A DNA stretch of 64,000 nt from Lama glama (lineage: Eukaryota), in NCBI GenBank assembly GCA_028534125.1, contig CM052818.1, forward strand, positions 994,001 through 1,058,000. The letters run 5' to 3'. Below the pieces are notes generated by a model. The model searched no databases and was not told where the DNA came from. It saw nothing but the letters and a program-made list of their open reading frames with translations. The position numbers and the translations under genes were made by a program. Positions 18,301 to 30,297 of this stretch are shown here, piece by piece. Positions within the stretch are counted from its first letter, which is position 1. The number at the start of each line of letters is the position of its first letter.

Positions 18301-21300
18301 AATGAATGAATGAATTTCACATGCATTCGAAGACAGATGGTGCCCTATTCCCTCTCTGGAGTCCCCACCCCTCCTGGCAGACTCTCTGTGCTTCTCAATG
18401 GGACTTAGTCTGTGGGGCTCCCCACCCCTCCCCCAAACTGGGCTTTCCCCATATTCTGGAGCCAACTGACCCTTCCTTTCCCATATTTTCTCTACCCCAA
18501 GAAAAGTGTGTAGAAAAAGCAAGTGGCTGGCAAAGCTAAGGACATCCTATTTGCTTCTGACCCCTAATGAAGTCTTTTTTGACCAAGAGACATGTGGTCT
18601 CCTCTTGATAGAGGGCTCCACTTTGGCACAGAGCCCCTCAGCATGACATCCAGTCTACAGGACGGGACAGACTGAATTCCACCTGAGTGACAGTCTTCCC
18701 CCAGGGAGCACCTGGGAAGAGCCTCTCGGCTGCAGGCTCACAGCCCCAAACGGAGGCATGGTACTCAGGTACGGTTCGTTCTCCAAGGGAAGACGTGCTT
18801 TCCTCCTGACACCTGGAGGCCCAGAGACATCAGCGGGCAGGGATGTATGTAGTTCTCTTCCACGCGCAAAGGCTGCTGCGCCCAACAGCCCTGAGGGCCT
18901 GGGCGAGACGTGCTCACCTCGATAGCGATAAAGTGCATTCCAGAGAAACTGCGCAGCCACCAGGGGCCGTTCTACGAATATGGTCTCCCCCTTCCGGATC
19001 AGCTGTGTGGCAAACAGCCCCTTTCCCTAAGAGGGCAGAGAAGGAACAGGATGGCCTTAAGAAGAGACAGACGACATAGCTTCAGGGCTTCTGGAGGGCT
19101 GACCAGCCTCCTCCCACATGCTTCCCTCTCAGCAGGGGCCTCTGCCTCGGGAGGGCTCACAGAGCAAGGTCAGCCTCCATAAACTGCCTCCTCTGGAAAT
19201 GCTGCTCTGACCTACTTCCAGCTGCACCTCCTCCAGCCTGTCCAGAGCAGAGGGCTTGAGATGGGAAGAGAGCCACCATGTCAGACTACTCAGAGGAGAA
19301 TTTTTAGAATGGCCAGGGCAGGGCCAAAGTTCACAGCATTCTGGAACCTCCAGTACCAGAAGCCAGTAATGACATGGTGGCTTTCTTGGAGTCACCCACG
19401 TGCCCCTCCAAGATCCTGGCCATGATGTTGCTGCTGCTCAGGGTTGCAGAGAAATCCTACACCACGGGAGAGGGAGGCCTAGTTTGGGGGAAAATATGCC
19501 CCACTTCCCCAGTCAGCCGGGGCCTCACAGCACCCAGCGTCGTACCGGGCACTCAGGAAGTTCTGAGGTGTTACACAGAAGGAAATGGCTAATCCTAGCA
19601 CCACTCCTAATGCTAACTTGCTGTGAATCTTTGAGCCAACTGCTTCACTTCTTTGCATCTGTTTCCCATCTGAAAAGCGAGTATTATAATACCTGCCAGG
19701 TAGTTTCCAGGATACAGTAATATAGCACAGGTGATGAGCTCTAGCTCCTTACTACCCAAAGTGAGAGGACGGACTGGAAGCATGAGCACTGCCTGGGAGC
19801 TGTTAGAAATGTAGAACCTCAGGCCCCACTCCAGACCTGCTGAGTTAGAATCTGCGCTTGAACAAGATGCCAAGGTGATTCAAATGCATGTTAAATGAGA
19901 AGAACTGGTCTAAAGCACCACATACATCATGTAAGGGATGAAGGATGAGAAGACAACTGTTGAACTGCCATCTCTCAAATGTGCAAAGGGACTCAGGAGA
20001 CAGCTTCAGAACCTATGCAGTTACTGGTCCTGCTGGGCATTTCCCCAACTATACATTTAGAGAAGAGGCCCCTGTCAACACTGAACTGTCACAAAAAGGG
20101 AGATAAGAGAAATGACTGACCCAGCAGTGAAATGTCCTGTCATGCGCCCCCCCCCCCAGGTAGTTCCCTGTTTCCTTCTAGCATTGGCGCTCTGGCTAGA
20201 CAGGGGCTCCTCCCAAAGTCAGAGCAGCAGGATGGGTAGACCTGGACAGGCCCTGAGCAACCCATGAGCCTAGAATCTCAACCCTGTGGACAACTCTGGG
20301 AGCTCTAACAGTACAGCGGGACAGCCGGGACAAAACCAATGGCAAAGCCATGGATGTAGCTCAGTTGTCTTTCCCCACCTCCATGTCAAGTAGCCCCTGC
20401 GACCCAACCTAGCAAAATGGAAACCTGGCCTTCCTCTGTGGGAAAAAAAGACATGGGCTGGGACCCACATTACCTCTGGCAATTTCAAGTCCTCAATATT
20501 GGATAAATATTGATCTCTTTCTCCCTCTTTCTGGAGGATGAAATGTAGGAAATATTTATCAATCAAAGCAAAAGGGAAAAGAATCAGAGCTATTCCTCTA
20601 TGAAACCACTCATCCCCCAAACATAGGAAAGTGTTTCAAGAAAAATAGCTCAAATTCGTATCACCAAGAAGCTTGGAGAGAACTGAAGCAGAATGGAAAG
20701 GGTACAAACTATGCAGTTATTTCCAATTTGAAAAGGAAGTTTTTTTTTAAAGACTGTACAACAATCTAAGACTATGTAGTAAATTAATTCTTTATTAAAT
20801 GATTTTCTAGAAAAACACTGATTGCTAAAAGTGAATCCAAAAGAAAGAAAGCCTAGACAGACTATTAAGCAATGCCAACATCTTTAGTCATTCACCATAT
20901 TTGGTCAGGTTTCTGTTCTGATTGGTCATGTCCTTGGCATAGCAATTGGTAAAACTGTAAAAATCATCCCTGCCGATAACCATAGAGGCAACAGAGAAAG
21001 TGGTCGAAAACTACCCCCATGTCTATATAGTTTCATGAGCCAGCTCTCTCAAACCAAGTAAGTAACTCTCATGCTATTTAAACTATTCAGTAACAGAGGG
21101 GAAAAAAATGGAAAGCTTCTCTATTTTACCAAAAACAAGCATAACTTTGATGTGGTAACCTAAGGAAGATAGCATAAAGAAAAAAAAATCACAAACCAAT
21201 CTGACTTGATGAATACAGATACAAAAAAACCCAGGGTACTCCATCTTTTCACGAAATCTGGATATATGATTTTTCTGCGGCAGCAGATCAGTTGTAGGCA

Positions 21301-22801
21301 TGGAGAGAGAAGCCAGGTGGGGTTTTGATAGAAGGCTAGGACAGGACAATTTGGTCAGGAGAGTGGTTGGACTGATGAAGTAGGAGGGAAGAAGTAAAGA
21401 AAGGAGGGGGCTGAGAGATGGGGAGGCTAAGTGAAAGTAAAGTTGAATATCTCTGCATGCTAGGAGTGGTGGAACTGAGACACCATCAAACTGTCAGCCA
21501 ATCAAGAGCACTAGAGGTCTTGCAGTGGGGATGAAGTTGTGAGCAGCTGAGGAGGCCAAGGATACAGAGGAGCTGATTTACCAGGGAAAGAGAGGAATGT
21601 TCCAGAGGCCCCTGGAATGGAAAGAGGGCAATGGAAGGCCAGGTCAGGGAACTGGATGAGTGTGAAGATGCTGAGAGCAGGCGACAAATGTCTAGAAGGC
21701 CGACATCTTGGGCAAGGACCAAAGATACACACAGCCATTATATATGATGAAATATTCAACCTCATTAGTAAACAAAGAAATGTAAACGACAATACACCAA
21801 TACCGTTTTGCACATATCAACTAGCAAACATGTAAGGAAAATACTCAGTGCTAGGGAGAACAAAAGGATGTGTACACAGAAACTGAGCTCCAGTATCTTT
21901 GACCTCAGGGATAAAAAACAAGATATAACATAAAGGTCCACAAATGAGCAGCTGCTAAGTGAACTGTGGCCCTTCCGCTGTTACTCAACTCTTAAAAATT
22001 ATACATAGAAATTGAATTATTGATACTTAAGTATTCACTGCTGCATCAAAAAGCAGTTTCCAAAAATATTTTAATATGCACATATTTACACAAATACAGG
22101 ATTGTGAGTGTTTTACCTTCTCTTTCCTTACATGCATTTTCAATTTTTTTTTCTACAGTGTACTTCAGAAACATGATAATAAAACAATAAAATGTCACTC
22201 TCTCGTTAAAACCCTTCAAATGCTTCCAATGGGCTTCGGTCCAAATCCCTTAGCACTCCAAGACCCTTCCTGAAGTGTCCTGGCCTCTTTCCTCATCTGC
22301 CACCCAAATCTGACTCAGAAATTTTCCTGAGGACCCACCCTTTTTTCTTTTATACCGCAGCTTCCTCTGCTCTGCATATCCCGCCCACCGCACCCGGGGC
22401 CCAGCAACAACGTCCCCGGGCCCCGCTTGGAGCAGCCGTAGCGAGACCACTGACGAGAAGGCCCCCTTCTGCTGGGGGAGGAGGGGGCGCATGGAGACTT
22501 CGCTGGCCCCAGTCCACCAGGTGACCGCCCCGGAAGCCTGCGCATGGGGACAGACTGGGAGCCCCCGGGCCGCGAGCACGGGCCGGGCCGCGCCGCAGCG
22601 TCCGAGCGACAGAGAAGCTTCTAGTCTCTAGGAACGGGGTCCCACGGGGCGGTCTCCAGGGCCGGACGGGGTCAGCGCTCCCGGGACGGTCTGCCGCGGC
22701 CTCACCTTGGCACTGCTCACGAAGCGGACTTCCACGGCGACCCGGGCCCGGCCCGCCACGCCCACGCAGAAGGAGAACACGTCGCTCATGGAGGCCGCCA
22801 T
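12363..22801 (-). CDS. SMYD5: SET and MYND domain lysine methyltransferase 5 (417 aa, 13 exons)
   Basis: Exons 22706-22801, 18918-19026, 18004-18143, 17447-17568, 17017-17086, 16303-16407, 15428-15490, 15148-15218, 14733-14839, 14295-14351, 13321-13415, 12608-12678 and 12363-12510 are all GT-AG and give a 1254-nt open frame. Translation: [14 protein letters not shown]...[21 protein letters not shown]...CDHC...NHSCVPNA...EEICISYL...FVCSCPKC...acidic tail...EMTDV*. Confidence 0.97.
19745..19912. mobile_element. MER5A-like hAT-Charlie DNA transposon
   Basis: Typical core ctgggagctgttagaaatgtagaacctcaggccccactccagacctgctgagttagaatctgc. Confidence 0.7.
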
Positions 22802-22920
22802 CTTGGGCGTACCTCCGCCTCCTGACCTTTGACCCACCTCAACCCGGGAGGCCCCGCCCCCACCGGTCCCGCCCCCGATGTGAGTGCCCGCGAGGCAGCG
22901 AGGGCTTGCGCTCTAGCGTG
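22370..22920 (-). promoter_or_regulatory. SMYD5 CpG-island promoter
   Basis: CpG-dense, with GC boxes (ccgccc) at ~22854 and ~22868. A YY1 motif (AAGATGGCGGC) overlaps the start codon. Confidence 0.85.
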
Positions 22921-24561
22921 TCCCTTTGATCTGTGTGTGTTGGTCGAGTGGTTCGTGCACTAGGTGGAACTGGGCCTGCCTTTGTACTTTTACATCTGTG
23001 CAGTTTTATCTGTCCGTTTTCGTGGCCAGCATCAGAGCCCTTGTGAGTGTGGTTTTGATGTATCCGTATCTGAGTTCATGTTTGTGTGTCTGTATGTTGT
23101 GTCTGGCACCCAGTGGCCTGTCTTGAGTCAAGCGCTCTTTGGCCCAGCCCTGGGGTGGGACAGCAGTGGGCCAACTTACTGCTATCCTCTCTGACCTGAA
23201 GGGAAGGACTAGCTTACTCCACCTGTCCATCCTGCAAAGGCTGCCACAAGATTTTCTTTCTCCCTAGGCACTCTGACAGCCGAGAAGACAGTCCCCACAC
23301 AGTCTAGCTGGATGTGTGCCTTTCTCAGACTCGTTAGTGGTGTGGAGACCTTGTAGCCTGAGGGTGCCAGAGGGAGGGTCCATTTTGGGCCTCAGGTCTG
23401 AAGACCCCTGAAATTGTATGCAGAAGTGAGTCTGCATATGCACATTGTCCTTACAACAGGAGACTGGCCTGTTCTCTTGTTCAGGGCCCCCAAAAGGCTG
23501 CAGACCTATAGCACCTGCCCCCACAGCCAGGCCTGACCGCCAGTCTCATTTTGTTCCCTTTTCCTCCAGTTGATTCTGTGCTCCTTTAAAAGGGACCTGT
23601 GTCTGCATGTGCTGTGGTCTCATGGTGACATTTAGGGATTGGATAGAGCCTGGTTAGGTAACTTGATTTTTTTGAAAAGTGAGCCTGGAAGAGGCAGATG
23701 CAACTGTGTTCTTTTGATTAATAAAGTAGACTTTGGGTCCAGCTGTTACGAAGGATTTCACTGAAGACAGGAACAGAAAGGTTTTTGAAGCTGGGCCCTA
23801 ACCTCGCTCCAGTTGCAGCCTAGCATCCTCAGAGGATGGTCCACTGCCTTGGGGGCAGGTGGTTTTCCAAGGCCGCCCTGCTCCTTGCCTTGCCTCTCCC
23901 TCAGGAAACTCTGGAGAGCAGTGTGGACCATGCCCCTCTCACCACCAGGTGGCAGGGCAGGTCTTCTACCAGCTCACCTCAACACAAGCCATTCTAGATT
24001 CCAAATGAATAACCTCAACAGGGGTCCTCCAGGGAATGTAGAGTGGCAGAGAAATCAGCTCTGGAAATGTTGGTGGCAGGCTTCCTGGGAAGGAACAGGA
24101 GCCTTGAATCAGGATCATGAAGAGGGGAAATAATAATACAGCATAGTTCAAGACAAAATGGTGATCTTGGCAAAGGCAGAGTTAAAACTTTCTTTACCCT
24201 ATATTAAAGATGGAAAGAGGGTCAAGACTAGCAGCAAGAGGGAAAAAGATGGTGGTCAGGGCAGCACGTCTGCTCCAAGGAGGCAGCTGGGCCTGAGCTC
24301 CTTCTGAGAGTAGTAACAGTTTAGACAAAACAAGAAAGCTTTGGGAAATTCTGTGAGAGGAAGTGGGCTAAATGATCTGTCTTTCCCTCTGCTCTCAACT
24401 CCACCATCTCTGATGGGGAAGAGTCTTCTAAGCCCAGACACTGACTCAGGAAGGCCCTCTCCTCTGCAGCCAGGCTAGAAAAAGATGAATCCTTGGAAAG
24501 GCCAGGGCTGGAGCACGTACTGCTCCTCTGGGTGAAGGAGACCTACAAGCCTTCCTGCACA

Positions 24562-24567
24562 TTTATT
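24562..24567 (-). terminator. Probable NOTO polyadenylation signal
   Basis: AATAAA on the - strand about 300 nt after the NOTO stop. Confidence 0.55.
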
Positions 24568-24865
24568 GGGCTTGGCACAATGTAAGTGCTTTACAGACAT
24601 TTCAGCCCTGGGAAGTCTAAGTTATCAACACACCCATTATACAGATTGAAAAAAAAGCCTCTGAAGTTCATTTCCTAACTTGGCCAAGGACATAGCTGAA
24701 GGCCAAAGTCTGTGCTGCTGGACCGTTTTCATTATTAGAGCTCCCAGGGGTAGTACCCCTTGACTCTGACAAGGCTCTTCATTAAGAAGGAGAGAATGGA
24801 GATCCAGTGGGTGCCCCTGGGGAGAACTAGCCCAGACAGCCTGGGCTGAGCCTCTGTCGCAGTCC

Positions 24866-27800
24866 TCAGCTGTCCATTCCTGGCCCTGCGTCTTCTCTCT
24901 GGATGCTGGTTTCGGAGCTGCTGGAGGGCTCGTCTGGAGAGGCAGCCGTGGCAGACACAGGTGGCAGTTTCAGCCTTTGCTGCTTCTGGTACTTGACCCT
25001 GCGGTTTTGGAACCAGACCCTCACCTATAATTGAGGCAGTGGACAGAGATCAGAATGTGACCAGCAGTTCCCACTGCTTCCCCCATTCCCACAGTGCCCA
25101 CTCGTCTCTGGCCAGAATTTACTCTTTGTTCTAAGGGAAGTATCTCCTTCAAAAGACCCTTTGCTCTAATTCCAGTCACCATTCATTCACCCAGCAAGTA
25201 TTTATTAAGCTCCTAATATGTGCTAGGCACCACTCAAGGTGATGGTGATACAGTGGTGAGCCATTGAGGCGTGGTCTCTGCCCTCAGAGAGCTCACAGTC
25301 TAGTGGAGAGACACTAATAACAACTATGGGAACAAACAAATATATAAGCACAAATAGGAGGTGTGAATAGGGGTTTGTGCCTCCCTGAGGAATCAGCACT
25401 TAAGCTGAGGCTCAGAGGGTGAGAGGCCAGCCTGATGGGGACAGAGAAAAGCAAGCCAGGGCAGGGGAGCTAAGCTTGGAGTGTTTGAGGACCACAACAG
25501 AGGAGAGCGTGGCTGATGCATCTGAGAGAGGGGAAAGCAAAGGAAGGGAGAGTGCGAGAGGTCAGTGGGGACCAGATCACCCAGGACTGTGAAGGCTGTA
25601 GGGAAGGAGTGTCAACTTCGAGGCTTGTAAGTAGGGTGTGACATAGTCCTATTTACATCTCAAGTAAATTGCACATCTGGCTGCTGTTTGAAGAATGGAT
25701 GTAAACAGATGCAGGGGAGAACTGGGAAACTGCCGCAGTGATCCAGCGAGAGCTGGGGCTGCTCACTTCCCTATATGATAAGAAAAATAGTCCCATTTGA
25801 AACTGGATGCAACGGAGAGAAATGAAGTGACTCCAGCTGTGTTTTGGAGGTAGGCGTGACAAGGCTGGCTGATGGAGTGGAAGAGAAAGAAGACTCTAGG
25901 ATCACTAGGTATTTTGAGCACTGGGTGGACACTGGATTACCATGTGTGGGGAAAGAGAGTTTTGGGGAGAAAAAAGATCAAGAATTGAGGTTTTGGCTTG
26001 TTATGTTTGAAATGGCTACCCACAAGATATCCAAGTGGAGGCCAAAAGAAGGTAGTTAGCTGCACAAATCAGAAAAGAGGGGTGGGCAGAGAATACAAAT
26101 TTGGGAGTCATTGGCTTGTAGATGGTATTTCAAACTGTGAGAATAGATGAAATCAGCCGGGGAGAAAGATTTGAGGTCACAGAGAAGGGTTGCCTACAAA
26201 GGCGACAGGGAAGAAAGGACTGGAGAGCTGGGAGGAAAACCAAGAGACTGCGGTGTCTGGAAGCCAAAAGAGTGTGATTCAGTAAGAGAAGGAGTGGTCA
26301 ACTGTCCTGAGAGGTGGAATACCATGAGGAAAGGGAAGCAGCTGTTGCCTCTGGCAACACAGAGGTCCTTAGAGACCTTGATGAGAAGGTTTGATGAAAT
26401 GGTAGGGAAAGAGTTCACACTGGGATGAGTAAGGAGTAGAGGGGAGGGGAGTATATGGAGAGAACATAGCCAGTGCCTGTGAAAAAGCAGAGAAATGATG
26501 CAGCAGCTGGAGGGGAATATGAGGTGAAGAGAATGTTTATTATTTTTAAAGTTAGTCCCTTGGATACTTACTCAATCTCATTGTTAGCTCCTTATTTAGC
26601 GTGCAAACGTTATATTATAAAGTTCAGGTTAACACCATGTGTTGTTCCCATAACGTGACTTCAAATAGGACTATTTTTCTCATCATACAGGGAAGGAAGT
26701 GTGCCAATGGGTAGGGCCTGTCTCTCCCAGCGACCTGCCACAGAGGACAAAAGCCCATGTCTTCCTCCCAGGGTCTTTAAGAGAGTAGTGTCAATCCCCA
26801 GGTGCAGCCCAGGCCCCACCTGAGTCCCTGCTCTCACCTGGTTCTCCGTAAGGTTGAGCTGGGCTGCCAGCTGGGCTCTCTGCTTCCCCACCAGATTGTG
26901 CTGTTTTGCAAACATTTTCTCCAACTCTTCCAACTGCTCCAAGTTAAACATAGTTCGAACCCTCTTTTGGGATCTCTCAGTGTCCTGAAGGTAGTGAGCT
27001 GGGGCCCAGTCTGGAGGACCCCAGAGGCCTGGGCAGTGAGCCAGCTCCAAGCCTGAAAAGGAATCAGCAGGAGGGGAGGTTAGCCAGTCCCCCTCTGCCC
27101 TCTCATCTTGGAGGAGAGAGAACAACTCGCAGCTCCCCTGTACTCCCCTTGTCCTCAGCCAGGTAACACAGCAAAAAGGCAGAGAGGGAAGACACTCCCA
27201 AATAAGAAGGGACAGTGCTGTGAGACCACTTCTGTCTCCACTATTCTTCAACTGAGTGGCTTAATCTCTGCCCCTAAGAGGAGTTGCCAGACCTCCATCT
27301 CTCTGGTCCTCCTCTCCTTTACTTTAGGAAAACCCTATGGGATAAACAGAGAAGGGACCCCTTCTGAACAAAGAGTTCATCCTTTTCGATGTCTACTATG
27401 TTTCAGGCATGCTTCCGGGACAAAATACGAAAATTCCTAACAGTAAAAAGGGTAAATAAGTAAAATGTTGAGTGAAAAAGGTACATAAGTAAAACATTGA
27501 GTATGTCAGAAAGTGATGAGCGCTAGTGAGAAGAATAAGGCAGGGAGGGACAGGGGGAGGTGTATGTGGGAGCGGGGGTCGTTTGCATCTTCAGAAAGAG
27601 TAGCCACCTCATTGAGGTCACATTTGAATGGGGTCAGTATGTACAGTTTGTGCCCTGCACACGGGTACCTAGCTGAGAGGGTAAGTGGAGTCTGAAATTC
27701 TGCCCAATGCTTGCTCCCTGACCAGGTTTTGTGTCTGCTTAAAGTTAGGGGTGCCCTTTTCTAATGCACATAAGGTACTATTCAGCTCATCAAGCTGTGG

Positions 27801-29797
27801 GCCAGTGGAGGTGGAGATTGGTCCAGCGGGGGGACAGTACCTGAGTCATATCACTGAAGGAATGAGGAAGTAAGCCACTGGGCTGTCTTGGAGGGAAGTG
27901 TTCCAAACAGAGGCCCCACAAGTGCAGTGCTATGATTCCTCAGTTGCCACTAGCCTTGGCGAGGCTCCAGGGTTGGCAGACAAACTGCCTGAGTGAATGG
28001 AGAGAGGCCAGGGCCCTAGCGGCCCCAGACCTCAGTCACTGGGCCCACCTGGCTTACCATAAGCATAGGCATTAATAGCAAAAGATGAGAAATAATCAAT
28101 GCGTTCTGATTAAAATATGGTACATCCTTACAATGGACCACTCTGTGGCATAAAGAAGCTCTGCGTGTATTGATAAAGGAAAAATCTCCAGGATATATGG
28201 TCAAGTGAAAAGAGTAATGTGTCTAATATGGGAGATTAGAAGAATGTATATATGTGTATGTGTGTGTGTATATATATATACACACATATATATTCACACA
28301 CATACATACATTCACGTGTATGTGTTCAGGTATTAAATATGTATAAAATACCTCTGGAAGAATTAAAACCTGGTGTCTGGCTGCCTGTGGGGTAGGGGGG
28401 AACCAGGTGGCTGTGGGGACAGGAATGGGAGAGGAAACTCTTTCCCATACTATGTCTTAGTAAACACTTTGAAGTTTGAACTGTGTGGATGTAATACCTA
28501 TGCAAAAACCAACTTGCAAATGAGACAACCGTAATCTAGAGAAATAAACTGCAATTCAGACCCAGGTGTGTGGAGACGTTAGAAAAGAGTGGCTTGGCGT
28601 GAGGGCCGGGGCTCCCGTGCAGTGGCATGAATTTGGATGGGGTTAGGAGACCAAGGTTTCTCTCCCACATGGTTGGAGGAATGTCCAGCCAAAAGGAATG
28701 GAGGAAATATAGGATAGGGGGAACCCAGGAAGTAGGAGGCAGGTTAGATTGTCTTATAATAGCCTTCATATGGGTCGATAGTGCTTGCACTAACTTTGCT
28801 CCTGTTCTCATGGAAACCATGGGAAAGCATGAACCAGATAGCCCCAAATGGCAAAGACTTGTGTAGGCGGATGTTAATGCGAGAGGACAAAGTTCCCTCA
28901 ACAGTTAAATTCGCACTGAGATGTAAGTCAGTGCCTGCGCTCCAGAGCCCAGAGCCCAGAGCCCCAAGGAACCATTCTAACAGCGAAGTGTGGAAGCTAA
29001 GCTCACTCAGACATGAGCATTGGAGGTGGGATGGAGTCTTTAACTCCCAACGGCTCCTCGCTGAGCAGTACCAGCAGTAGCACCCGCTTCTCCCGGTTAA
29101 AGGTAGGGCCCTGGGTTTGCGACGACGAGAGCCGCTTTGGGGAAGAGTCTGCGCCACAGTGTTACCCACAGAGGGTGTGGGAGGGAGCCAGGGCCTCTAT
29201 AAATCCTTCCTCTAGCCACGCGGGGCCGCGCCCCGTGCAGCCCCTGTGCTGGCCTTGGCCGTCTTCTGAGCCCCGCTCTGCACCCGCCCTCACACACGCC
29301 TTCTCCCAGCTCAGCGGCGGGCCGGGCAGCCTCGCGCCCGGGTCTGGTCTCAAGGGTCCCACTCCGCCCCCCGCCCCCGGCTTTCAACTGCAAGGTCAAG
29401 GGTCATAGGGTTCCCACCCACTTCAAACCGCGTATGGTCCTCAAACTCAGGGGCATCTCCTCTATCCTATGCCTATCGCGGCCTCCTCCTCTCAGCCGCC
29501 CCGCCGGCTTCCCCGAACCGGCACCCGGCACCCCGTACCTGTGATGCCAAGGCCTTGGAGGCCGCAGAAGTGAGCCGCGCGCAGCCCCAGCACCAGGGCC
29601 TGGGGGCGCTGCTGGTCCAGCCCCGCGCTCAGGTAGGCGGGCAGCCACGCCGCTCGACACGCGCCGGGCAGAACCCGGGCCGGAGGCCAGGAGGGAGCGG
29701 TCCCGAGGCCCGCGGCGGCGCAGCCGGGGACTGACAGCCGGGAGGTGGCGGGCGCGCGGGGGTCGGGCCTGGCCAGGATTGCCTCGACGGAGAAGGA
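24866..29797 (-). CDS. NOTO: Notochord homeobox protein (start codon hidden in assembly gap)
   Basis: Partial exon 1 at 29539-29797 begins with the eh1 motif SFSVEAIL at the gap edge. Exon 2 is 26838-27052 and exon 3 is 24866-25024. Homeodomain QKRVRTMFNLEQLEELEKMFAKQHNLVGKQRAQLAAQLNLTENQ|VRVWFQNRRVKYQKQQ. Position next to SMYD5 matches human synteny. Confidence 0.95.
25180..26530. mobile_element. Old LINE-2 fragment(s) in NOTO intron 2
   Basis: cattcattcacccagcaagtatttatta L2 terminus plus a long purine-rich L2-like body. Boundaries approximate. Confidence 0.65.
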
Positions 29798-30297
29798 NNN
29801 NNNNNNNNNNNNNNNNNNNNNNNNNNNNNNNNNNNNNNNNNNNNNNNNNNNNNNNNNNNNNNNNNNNNNNNNNNNNNNNNNNNNNNNNNNNNNNNNNNNN
29901 NNNNNNNNNNNNNNNNNNNNNNNNNNNNNNNNNNNNNNNNNNNNNNNNNNNNNNNNNNNNNNNNNNNNNNNNNNNNNNNNNNNNNNNNNNNNNNNNNNNN
30001 NNNNNNNNNNNNNNNNNNNNNNNNNNNNNNNNNNNNNNNNNNNNNNNNNNNNNNNNNNNNNNNNNNNNNNNNNNNNNNNNNNNNNNNNNNNNNNNNNNNN
30101 NNNNNNNNNNNNNNNNNNNNNNNNNNNNNNNNNNNNNNNNNNNNNNNNNNNNNNNNNNNNNNNNNNNNNNNNNNNNNNNNNNNNNNNNNNNNNNNNNNNN
30201 NNNNNNNNNNNNNNNNNNNNNNNNNNNNNNNNNNNNNNNNNNNNNNNNNNNNNNNNNNNNNNNNNNNNNNNNNNNNNNNNNNNNNNNNNNNNNNNNN
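29798..30297. other. Assembly gap (500 N) covering the NOTO start codon and proximal promoter
   Basis: N run interrupts GC-rich NOTO exon 1. Confidence 0.99.
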